Source: Tubiluchus corallicola (taxonomy: Eukaryota > Animalia > Priapulida). From it: 64,000 nucleotides of DNA. Where the stretch lies: assembly GCA_030141605.1 (NCBI GenBank), contig JAQGDQ010000040.1, positions 434,001 to 498,000 of the forward strand, in the 5' to 3' direction. The notes under the pieces were generated by a model, which searched no databases, was not told the DNA's origin, and saw only the letters and a program-made list of their open reading frames with translations. Positions 54,184 to 64,000 of this stretch are shown piece after piece. Every line of letters starts with the position of its first letter. The first letter of the stretch is position 1. The position numbers and the translations under genes are program-made.

Positions 54184-54717
54184 GTTCGTGTGCCTAAACG
54201 CCATAAACACCACGTGTGATGTTCGAGCTTGCTTGACATCCCCGTGTACCGCCGCACCTTGCATCGTTCGCGTGCACATATTGTGCCGTGTACTGTCTTG
54301 CTATGTACTGCCGCTTCACGGTACATGGTGAGCGCGTGAACGTCCCACATAGTGCTTTGTCAAAACGTTTCTTAATGTAAGTGCTTGATTACAAGTTGCC
54401 TTCTGATTTCAAGTAAAATTTTACGAAACTATAATACTATTATAAATTATTTCAAAAGTTATTTGAAGTACTGAAAACATTTTGATATGAATTATTTGCA
54501 ATTTTAAGTGCTACGATAGTGCCTCAAATATCAACAACCTGGATCTTCCTTACCAGCATCGACTGTAGAGTTTTACTGAGAGGCTTATAACCGTTTCCAT
54601 TAAATAACTCTCATGTCATGATACACAAGACTCAAAACGTTGTATTTTACCTTTTCTAGGCAGAATTTATATGTGCTGTGTCAGATCAACCACGAACAGC
54701 ACTGGCAATGTCTGACA
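54184..54717 (+). repeat. Unit 1 of an old ~535-bp tandem duplication; unit 2 is 54718-54830 plus ~59150-59610, split by the CR1
   Basis: gttcgtg.gcctaaac recurs at 54184 and 54718; aacgtcccacatagtgct...cacgaacagcac..gcaatgtctgaca recurs at 54339-54717 and 59227-59610. Confidence 0.85.
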
Positions 54718-54962
54718 GTTCGTGAGCCTAAACTTCATAAAACACTACATATGATGTTCGCGGTAGCTTGGCATACCCGCTTGCAGGCCTCGCCTTGTAA
54801 TGCCTTCCCGCATACCTCACTGCCACGTACTAGTAGTAGTAAATCTCCAGTAGTTATAATATAACTTTTGAGACAAATAGTTCTTCGACTGTAATTGCGA
54901 CAAATTGCACATTTAATAGATTGTCATCAACACCTAGGTGACTCCACTGGCAAGTTTTCTCA

Positions 54963-57915
54963 CTATAATATGTAATCCAGCATCCTTGTTATAGGCATGT
55001 TCCAATTAGCACGGTGATTAAATTTCAATGGATGATGTTCATAGTGTCTATCTAATTTTGATTTAAATAAATTTACAGATGTTGCTGTTCTCACATCACA
55101 GGGCAATCTATTCCAGATTTCTGGCATCGTACAAGAAAAATAGTCGTATTTACCAGTTTTGTGTGCAGTTCTTGATTTATGAAGAATAGGACCTGATCTT
55201 GCTGTACGATGTACTTCTAATTTAACAGGACAATCATCACAGCTGTAAACTCCAGATACATATTTGTATACATCAATTAGTTGGCCACGTAAACGTCTAA
55301 AAGCTAATGTAGTTAAACCTATTCGTTTTAACTGACTTTCATACGTCAAGTTCATTAGTTCCGGTAACATGTTGAAAGCTCTCATTTGGACAGTTTCGAC
55401 TGGGTCCACTATATATGCCCTAGGACTATTCCAAATACTGCTTCCATACTCCACTTTTGATCGCACAAGTGCCACATATAGAAGCTTGAAAGTTTGCAGA
55501 TCTAGGTACTTGAAATTCCTCCTTATTAAAGCATTGTTTCGTTTGGCGTTCTTTATGATTTCTGCTATGTGATCTTTAAAATTTAGTTTATTATCAAGTA
55601 ATAATCCAAGGTCTTTCTCACAAGCACTAAAGTCCAATGCCACTTGCATCATACATTTTGTATTTATATTCATATCCTGCTCCCACAGATACAACCTTAC
55701 ACTTGTTGGGATGGAACTGCATACCATTTTCAACTGCCCAATCACAGAGCCCTTCTAGATCCAATTGAAGATCATTACAGCTGGTAAAAGAATCAGATTC
55801 AGACCAGATTTTGCTGTCGTCGGCAAAAAGACGAAGAGAATTACTCACACAACTAGGCAAGTCATTTATAAATACCACAAATAAACACGGACCTAATACC
55901 GAACCTTGCGGTACACCACTAGTAATCAAGGACTCAGTCGATTTGTAACCATCAACACACGTACATTGACTTCTATTTCCTAAGAAGTTTACTATCCACT
56001 GTAAAACTGAACCAGTTATACCACAATTTTTAAGTTTTGCAAACAGAAAGTGATGAGGTACAACATCAAACGCCTTTTTCAGGTCCAGTAGTATTATATC
56101 AAAAGGCTTATTAGCATCTTTTAACTCAAACCATGCATCGTAACATTGTAACAGTTGGGTAACCGTTGTTCTACCCTTAACAAACCCATGTTGTTCTTCA
56201 CAAATAATGTTGTATCTTATCAGATGGTTCATTATATGTTTCGGCATGATTTTTTCTGTCACCTTATTAATTGTATTTAGTAAGCTAACTGGCCTGTAGT
56301 TCGATGGATCTGACTTGTCCCCTTTTTTATGACTGGGAGTAACCTGTGCCACCTTCCATTGTCCAGGTAACTGACAATCAGCAAAAGACCTATCCAGTAA
56401 GGTGTATATAGGCTTAAAAAAAAGCACAGTTCTACATTCATTTAAAATACGTGGATGGTAACTATCTGGAGCGGATTTGTTTACATTGAGATTTTGTAAC
56501 TCATAAAGCACCTCTTCTTCAGTTATGGAAACATTGCTGATATCAGGATATTGTTGCACTGTAGTTACTTCATAGTCAGAAGCGTTGGGACTAAATACAC
56601 TAATGAAAAAATCGTTCAAAATTTGTGCCTTCTCCTCTGAATCAGAGACAAGAATACCTTGGGAATTCTTCAGTGAATGAATTCTAGACTTTGGCTTCCG
56701 AAGCGCATTGATATACTGCCAGAATGCCTTGGGATTACTCTTGCAATTACTTGCTAAAATACGTTCATATCTTTTTCTCGCAGTAGTTATAAGGTTTTTC
56801 ACCTTATTACGCCTTGCAGCATACCGTTCATAAGAAAGTTTTGTTCTTCGTCTCTTCCAGTCAAAAAACAACTTTTCTTTCTCCTTAATACAGCCAAGCA
56901 ACTGCTTAGTTAACCAAGGAGGCCGAGGTCGACTACTCTTATTACAAAAACTTGGATAGAAACTAGGCACATATTCATCAACAACTGACATGTACACATT
57001 ATGAAATTTTGTCCACATATCATCAAGAGTAAGATTACTATTTAAAACATTAATCCAATCAACTTGGATAAATGCATTACACATACTGCTGAAATTAACT
57101 TTGTTTAAACACATCTTCTTCTGAGGTAGAATTTTGACTGGCAGTACATTTACATTCAAACTAAAATGCAAGCACACATGGTCACTATTACCTAATGGTG
57201 AACTAGATCTCAAATATTTTACCAAATCATCTTGCTCAGTAAAAACTAAATCAAGTAAAGATGGTTCATTTCCAATGCGATAGCGTGTTGCAAATTTCAC
57301 GTGTTGAGATAACATGTTCAGCTCAAAGCATTCTAAAAACTCATTTTCCACAGCATTATTGGAGAACTCCAATTGCCAGTCAATTCCTGGTAAATTAAAG
57401 TCACCCAGAATACAGATATTTGATTTGTGAGATTCACAGACATATGAAATCAGTTTAATAAGATTAGCATTATCACTGATTGTTGAGGACGGACTTCTGT
57501 ATATCAGGAGAATACATAAACTTTGATTCTCTTGAAGTTTGATTTTTACACCTACTGCACACTTAAAATATTTACAATGTAGTTCAAAAAAGTCAATACT
57601 CTGATGAACGTATATAACTACACCACGGCCACAAGAGTTATAAATAGGTATATTATAACCCGGGATTGTTAACTCAGTTTTGTCTATGTAATTTTCACCA
57701 GATTTAGAGTTCACTTCCGTAATTGCAACTACATGATAAATCGTAGAATCCTGAAATAATTTTGTAATTAATTCCTGTCTCTTGTTTAAGAATTGATCTG
57801 CATTAGTATACAAAACATTAATGTTATTCCCAGAATAAGTCTTAACTTTATTCCATGAGTTACAATATCTCTTCGGATGCTGTTTACTGCAACCTAGTTC
57901 TTTTTCTTTTTCCAT
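54963..57915 (-). pseudogene. CR1 ORF2 (AP endonuclease + reverse transcriptase) with one frameshift at ~55630-55660
   Basis: YTNADQ, AITEV, IYRSP, GDFNLP, LDLVF, SDH; NYRPVSL, DLKKAFDVVPH, GVPQGSVLGP, FADD. Continues in a second frame as EKDLG..RRLRGQLI. Confidence 0.92.
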
Positions 57916-58895
57916 TCGTAGACAACTCCTCTGGCGTAGTTGATGCTCCAGTTTTTTGACGGCTCACGTTTTTTCTTTTCTTCTAATTCCTTCATGAGTA
58001 CCTTTCTTTCTTCACGCTGTTTGAAAGTTAAATCTGGCCGCACAAACATATTTCCAATTTCACAATTGTCTGAATCACAAGTCTGACGATATGCTTCTAA
58101 AATCCTTGTTTTATCTGCATAAGACTCAACTTGGAATTTGAGCATGTCGTTACCTTTTTGATCTTTACCTTTCAGACGAAATATATTGGTAACTGGCTTT
58201 ACATTACTGACACCAATTTTATCCAAGAAAGCATTTATCATCTCATCGTTTCTTTGTTGTAGCTCATGCTTACTTAGATTAGAATCCACCATGGGTAAAT
58301 TTCCTAACACAAGCCGTGTTTTTATTTTTTCACGTTCCCGCATTTCTTGCACTTCATTTACTATTTGGGAATTCACCTTACTATTAATGGTGTTGTCAAT
58401 CGAATTTTCTAGCTCGCTCACTTTTGCAGATACACCCATCACCTTGTCCGCACAACTATGAACATCATTGGTAATTTTATCTACTCGAGCCTTTAGTGTA
58501 CGATGTTGTTCCTCTAATTTAGCAACAGATGACAATATCGAAGCAAAGGTGGTGTTACATTTGTTACAATACCAATGAAGATTCATATTGCCTTTCATAA
58601 GTATTTTATAGGTATCCGAATCCACATTCTCACATTTTACATGATGCCAAAAACAACATATTTCACACTGCAAGGCCTGATCATCCCGCTGTACTTCTTC
58701 ACTACATGATCCACATTTAGGAGACAACTCAGCACTGCTATCATCAAAAGTATTGTTTTCCATACTAGCGGATAACTGTCGATTACTATAACTACCCTTA
58801 TTCAGAGATCCGCTTGCTGAACTTCTTAAATTACGACGCTTAGGATTGGTAACTGTATGACTCATTATGCTCCCATAAAAATCGTTTTGACGCAA
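57894..58895 (-). CDS. CR1 ORF1 (PHD finger, coiled coil, RRM-like domain)
   Basis: CGSC..LQCEICCFWHHVKC..WYCNKC; heptad-rich region; RLVLGNLP...FVRPDLTFKQRE. Confidence 0.88.
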   Translation of the reverse strand: MRQNDFYGSIMSHTVTNPKRRNLRSSASGSLNKGSYSNRQLSASMENNTFDDSSAELSPKCGSCSEEVQRDDQALQCEICCFWHHVKCENVDSDTYKILMKGNMNLHWYCNKCNTTFASILSSVAKLEEQHRTLKARVDKITNDVHSCADKVMGVSAKVSELENSIDNTINSKVNSQIVNEVQEMREREKIKTRLVLGNLPMVDSNLSKHELQQRNDEMINAFLDKIGVSNVKPVTNIFRLKGKDQKGNDMLKFQVESYADKTRILEAYRQTCDSDNCEIGNMFVRPDLTFKQREERKVLMKELEEKKKREPSKNWSINYARGVVYEWKKKKN

Positions 58896-59750
58896 ATGAG
58901 ACCTTTGGCTTTAAGTTTTACTTGGTAGTTTGCGACAGCATTAATCACCCGCATACAAGTCAAGCACTTTACATCGTGAGTATAGAGTCTATCACGTAAT
59001 CAGTATAATAATGACTTAATGTGACAGTTGTTGTTATCACTTTATTTTTGCACAAATTTACGAAAAAAAAGTTATAATATGGTCGAATTTATATGAAAGT
59101 TTAGAATTTTTAATTAACGTCGGAAAAAACATGTCCACGTGGAATCACCGTGGCACCACCTGTGAAACTGCCTTGGCCATGTTCCCCCTGATGGTACACA
59201 ATGGCATACTACACGATAAGCGTGCAAACGTCCCACATAGTGCTCTGTTAAAATGTTTCCTAATGTAAGTGAATGGTATAGAAATTATTACAATTTGCCT
59301 TCTGATTTCAAGTAAAGTTTTATGAAGTTGTTATACCATTATAAGTTATTTCAAAATTGATTTGAAATAATGAAACATGTTGATGTTAATTATTTGCAGT
59401 TTTGAAGTGCTACCGGTAGCACCTCAGATAACAAAATCTAGATTTCTTTACCAGCATATACAGTAGAATTTTGCAGACAGGCTTATATCCATTTTTCATT
59501 ATTTAGCTCTCACGTTACATGTGTCATGACACACAAGACTCAAGACATTGTATTTTACAGGTTTCTATTTTTGTTAGATCAGCCACGAACAGCACGAGCA
59601 ATGTCTGACAGCAAGCTGCAGAACTTAACATTCATGTCTCAGATATACCTAGTTGATCACAATTTTGACTGAAGAAAAAGTTACGGGAAATTTGACTTCT
59701 TACAGATGCCTTGTGTAGTAGTTTTACTGATACATACAGAATAATCATCA

Positions 59751-62700
59751 ATGGAGCCAGCCATGAACACCATGAGTAACCTTCTTAATGAACATGAGTC
59801 GGAAATTGATCATGAAGATGAAGCTACAAGTGAACCACCATCTCTAAAATCCCGAGCTCTTTCAAATGCCAATTTATTTGAATTGCAAATAACAGAATTG
59901 CTATCTGAACTCAGACTCAAACGAGAACAAAAAGATTTAGTAGAGAAATTTGTGGAACGACTGCAAAGTAACCTTCTTAGCTTGCGCAATGGCAAGACAC
60001 ATGAGCTTTGTGATCAGGGATGGTTGACTAAAAGCGGGGTAAAAATTCCTTTACTGCAAGAACCTCCACATGTGAAAGGTATGTTCAAATTTGTGAGACC
60101 AATAAATGTGCATGTATATGGAAGCTTTCTGCTAAATTTATCAATTAAACCTAATATTAACATTGACATTGCTGTGGAAATGCCTGAGGCATGTCTTCAA
60201 GAAAAAGATTTTATGAATCATCGATACCATCGCAAGAGGGCTCTATATCTAGCTTATATCGCATCTAAAATGGCTAGGAAGACAAATGACTGTTATATGT
60301 TTTCTTACCTCCATGGTAATCACATGAAGCCTATTTTAGTTATTAAGCCAACTGGTCCTGTGGGAAAATTTTGCCAACTTCACATCCATGTCACCATTCC
60401 CAGTAATTATTTCAAATCCTCGAGGTTTATTCCTTCTAGGAGCAATATTAGAAGAAACTGGTACAATACTTGTAGAAGCTCCGTCACAATGGAAGTACTA
60501 GTAGATGGAGATGAAGTTCAGACACCTCATTATAACAATGTCTTTCTGATGGATATGGTAATGAAAAATCATCACGAACTGTTATCTCATTGTCTCATCT
60601 TGGAATCAGAACAAGGCAAGGACAAGCATTTAGCACTTCGCAATGCTATCATGTTACTAAAAGTTTGGCTTCGACGACGTGAACTTGACCAAGGGTTGGG
60701 CTGTTTTAGTGGATTTATCATGACTATGTATATCATCTATTTGTTAGAACAAAAACTGATTTCCTTGCCCATGACAGCCTCTCAAATCCTAAGAGTCACA
60801 CTCACTACATTAGCACATTCTGACTGGACAAGTAATGGAATCATTTTGTGTAAGGATACCAATGAGCAGCTGCCAACAATGAAGATGTTTCATAAAGCAT
60901 TTGATGTGGTTTTTGTTGATTCTACTGGTTATGTTAATTTGTGTGCTGACATGCATAAATTAACATTTCATCGGGTGTGTCATGAAGCTAAGCTTTCTAT
61001 AGAACACTTTCAAAATAAGACACTTGACACTTTTGATCTGTTATTCTTGAAACAAGTTTCTTTCTCGCACAAGTTTGATCATTTGTTTTTCTTAAGTGAT
61101 ACAGACCATTTGAGAAGTCTAGCCATAGGGAGTTATTTTGAACGTTTGCTTGATTTCTGTGGTAATTATAAACAAGCCATCTTGCCATTATTAGAAAGCC
61201 TCATTCTTAAAGCACTTGGGAAAAGGTTAAATTTGTTAGATATTCAGCTTATGAAGTCACTTGAATGGAAGATAACTGATGAAGCACCATTAACACATTC
61301 AAAAAGTTCCACATTGTTTGGGTTACTGCTGAACATCGAACATGCCACCAGTCCACTGGTAAAAGGGCCTGATGCTAATACCAGTGAAGCCAAAGAATTT
61401 CAAAGATTTTGGGGAGAGAAATCAGAATTAAGAAGATTCCAGGATGGGTCCATCTGCGAAGCCGTCGTCTGGCCTGGGGCAACAATTGCAGAGAGACGTT
61501 CTCTTTGTGAAGTTATTGTCAAGCACATCTTGCACAGGCATTTTGGCATTAATGAAAATTCTGTTATCTACCAATCTGCAGTTTTGGATCCTTTGTTAAA
61601 GCTACCAGTAAATGCAAAAGATGCAAGTCTTCAGACATGTGGCACAGGAGAGGAAGAAAGCATGGCCATCATACTCAGTTTTGATGATCTTTGTAAAACG
61701 TTAAGAAGTTTACAACAAGAACTACCTCTTTCATTTACTTCCATCCAAGGGATCTCACCTGCTTTCAGATTTACAGAGGTGTTTCCTCCAACTCCTTGCC
61801 CCACTAAAGGAGCTACAGCATTAGAAAAGAACACTGTCCTTGTTCCCAAGTTTAACAAGCCTGCTCCACCATGGGTACAACCCCTATCGGTGATATTACA
61901 TATGGAAGGCAGCGGAAAATGGCCTGATGATGCAGAAGCAGTGAAACAGATAAAGATCGCGTTCTGTCTTAAACTTGCTGAGTTACTGCGGCAGCATTCA
62001 TTTACTGTACTACCCACTGCCAAGCATGTTGATGTTTTCAAAGATGGTTATGTATTTCGCTTGCAAGTAGCATATCACAGAGAAAAGATTCTTTTGCAGC
62101 AAGACCGGTCGCCAGATGGAATGCTAAGATTGCGTCAGACGGGGGAGTCTCTTAAAGTTGCTCAGGAAACAGAATATTTGCCCACACTTACTACAGCATT
62201 GCATGGATTACAACAACAGCATAACACCTACAGTGCCTCATGTCGCTTGTTGAAACGGTGGATGTCTGCACATTTGTTAAGTCATCATGTTACGCACGAA
62301 GCCTTGGATTTAATAACAGCTTACGTGTATCTACATCCAGAGCCTTTTACCGTACCGAATTCAGCAGTGACTGGTTTCTTAAGAGCGCTATCACTTTTGT
62401 CAGAATATGAGTGGCAGTCCCATGCAATGGTAATCAACTTTAACGATGAATTATCCGTAAGTGATTACGAAGCCATACAGAAGAAGTTTACAGTGCATCG
62501 ACAAAAATTGCCCCCTATGTTTATTGTAACACCATACGACATGCAGTCCATATGGACAAAATGGAAGCCATCTCAACGGATTCTTTCATGGCTTGTGACA
62601 TTAGCTCGAGCAGCAGTTCCATTACTAAGTCAGCAACTCCTTAATGCAAGTAGCAATGAAGCATTTAAGCAAGTGTTCCGTGCACCATTAGACGTATACG

Positions 62701-63107
62701 ACGTCATTATATACATTCATCACAGATTTGTACCAAGGCATTACCAAGCTGTGGATATAGAAAATGACACATATATTCCAGCATTAAAACCTTACGTGAA
62801 GCACAAGCATGAGAAAATGCCAGTCACTGGATTCGACCCTGTAGAATGCTACATCAAGGAATTAGAAAGCGCATACAGTGATTATGCTCTGTTTTTCATG
62901 AACGAAAACGGTGGAGATTTTGTAGCAGCCTTATGGAAGCCTAATGCTTTTCATACTGGCACAAATGAGAAAATTCCAAAATCTAGTGCAACACATGGAA
63001 AAAATGTACCAGTGTCTATAGAAGATGTACTGAACGGTTTCCAGTTATTGGGCACTGGGATTGTGAAGAAGTTAGAATGTCGAACACATCACTGGCACAT
63101 TAAGTAG
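59751..63107 (+). CDS. NOL6: Nucleolar protein 6 (Nrap/Utp22), intronless CDS, 1118 aa
   Basis: GSFLL..DIAVEMP..KDFMNHRYHRKRALYLAYIA; FWGEKSELRRFQDGSICEAVVW; EGSGKWPDD; GFDPVECYIKEL. An in-frame TAA lies just upstream of the ATG. Confidence 0.96.
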   Translation: MEPAMNTMSNLLNEHESEIDHEDEATSEPPSLKSRALSNANLFELQITELLSELRLKREQKDLVEKFVERLQSNLLSLRNGKTHELCDQGWLTKSGVKIPLLQEPPHVKGMFKFVRPINVHVYGSFLLNLSIKPNINIDIAVEMPEACLQEKDFMNHRYHRKRALYLAYIASKMARKTNDCYMFSYLHGNHMKPILVIKPTGPVGKFCQLHIHVTIPSNYFKSSRFIPSRSNIRRNWYNTCRSSVTMEVLVDGDEVQTPHYNNVFLMDMVMKNHHELLSHCLILESEQGKDKHLALRNAIMLLKVWLRRRELDQGLGCFSGFIMTMYIIYLLEQKLISLPMTASQILRVTLTTLAHSDWTSNGIILCKDTNEQLPTMKMFHKAFDVVFVDSTGYVNLCADMHKLTFHRVCHEAKLSIEHFQNKTLDTFDLLFLKQVSFSHKFDHLFFLSDTDHLRSLAIGSYFERLLDFCGNYKQAILPLLESLILKALGKRLNLLDIQLMKSLEWKITDEAPLTHSKSSTLFGLLLNIEHATSPLVKGPDANTSEAKEFQRFWGEKSELRRFQDGSICEAVVWPGATIAERRSLCEVIVKHILHRHFGINENSVIYQSAVLDPLLKLPVNAKDASLQTCGTGEEESMAIILSFDDLCKTLRSLQQELPLSFTSIQGISPAFRFTEVFPPTPCPTKGATALEKNTVLVPKFNKPAPPWVQPLSVILHMEGSGKWPDDAEAVKQIKIAFCLKLAELLRQHSFTVLPTAKHVDVFKDGYVFRLQVAYHREKILLQQDRSPDGMLRLRQTGESLKVAQETEYLPTLTTALHGLQQQHNTYSASCRLLKRWMSAHLLSHHVTHEALDLITAYVYLHPEPFTVPNSAVTGFLRALSLLSEYEWQSHAMVINFNDELSVSDYEAIQKKFTVHRQKLPPMFIVTPYDMQSIWTKWKPSQRILSWLVTLARAAVPLLSQQLLNASSNEAFKQVFRAPLDVYDVIIYIHHRFVPRHYQAVDIENDTYIPALKPYVKHKHEKMPVTGFDPVECYIKELESAYSDYALFFMNENGGDFVAALWKPNAFHTGTNEKIPKSSATHGKNVPVSIEDVLNGFQLLGTGIVKKLECRTHHWHIK

Positions 63108-64000
63108 TAATAAGGCAATGCTGTAATGAAGTTGCAAAGATAAATAAATGTTGATTTATTGCAATTTTTTGAAAGTGCCAAATTTTGGCTTGGTTGATTA
63201 TTGTCCATCTTGTAATATTCTGCGCATTAAAAAATAATGGACATTTTCAGAATTGTTCGTATAAATTTTGCTGATAACAGTCATAGGCAGTTAATAAGGT
63301 CGCATATTTTGGCAGAATTTTTTAGTATTTAGCATTTTAGCTACTTGTATATAAATTTATGTTAGCATTTTTCTTATCAGAAATTAGTAAAGTTTTGCTT
63401 GTATTTCTTGTGTTGGAAACTATCACCAAGTATAGAATTCACAGTAACTATCTAACATTTGATAAATTTTCCACAGAAGCAATTAATTAAAATTAAATTA
63501 GTCAGGAATCTTATAGTAGATAATTATATTATGTAAATTTTCATGTTGCTACTTATATACATAACAATAACACGGACAAAATTCTTTGAAAAGAACTGTT
63601 TGTTTAATGCCATGTTTTATTATTTAAAAATCAATGCGTTATAAATTACTTTAAATACTGAAATGTTGCACGTAAAGTCTTGGGCTGCATATACATAAAA
63701 TGAAGGTCAAAAAACATTTCTTCGTCACAGAAAAAGCTTAATATTTTTTGCAATTTAAAACAAATAAATAGATTAACTATGCATTTTAATTTTCTTGATA
63801 ATAATTGCATTTTGTTTAAATTACTCTGTTTATTTTGCAGAGCAGTGCAGCTTAAATCAGTATTTTGTGTGACAATGTAGCATTGTGATTAGATGTAGGC
63901 TTATAAATAATTTTTCATTGAGAACATTGACTAGCCTGAGAATTTTCACATACATTAACATATGCAATGCTTCATACAAGTTTATATGTCAAAATATGCC

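Larger units (their letters stand above)
54831..59135 (-). mobile_element. Near full-length CR1 LINE in the inferred NOL6 5'UTR intron, antisense to NOL6
   Basis: ORF1 plus ORF2 (APE-RT), short 3'UTR and an (ACT)n tail at 54831-54841. The 5' boundary is approximate. Confidence 0.93.

Noticed and set aside
54339-59610. Direct repeats flanking the RT element read as LTRs
   Set aside because: The element is a non-LTR CR1; the repeats are diverged, lack TG..CA ends and belong to an older tandem duplication.

Overview
This is AT-rich eukaryotic (invertebrate animal-like) genomic DNA with GT-AG introns. It holds five conserved housekeeping genes: UBR7 (+, 2 coding exons), IWS1 (-, at least 13 coding exons, start codon not located), GFM1/mitochondrial EF-G1 (+, 18 exons, fully reconstructed), ANAPC10 (-, intronless CDS) and NOL6/Utp22 (+, intronless CDS). 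IWS1/GFM1 and ANAPC10/NOL6 are head-to-head pairs. Introns and intergenic DNA contain a decayed BEL/Pao retrotransposon, a near-intact CR1 LINE, a truncated L2/CR1-group LINE, other LINE/SINE fragments and many MITEs (hAT-, Kolobok-, pogo- and Harbinger-like). The most striking observation is one family of non-autonomous element with TGT...ACA-type ends, ~38-bp TIRs, 5-bp TSDs and internal palindromes. It occurs exactly twice, each time between the inferred 5' ends of a divergent gene pair (25348-25818 and 53227-53947), suggesting a transposon that targets, or has been co-opted into, bidirectional promoters. Also notable are a 27-nt UGC-flanked microexon and a Ser-Pro repeat domain in IWS1. 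All calls were made by eye from sequence; no database searches were run.
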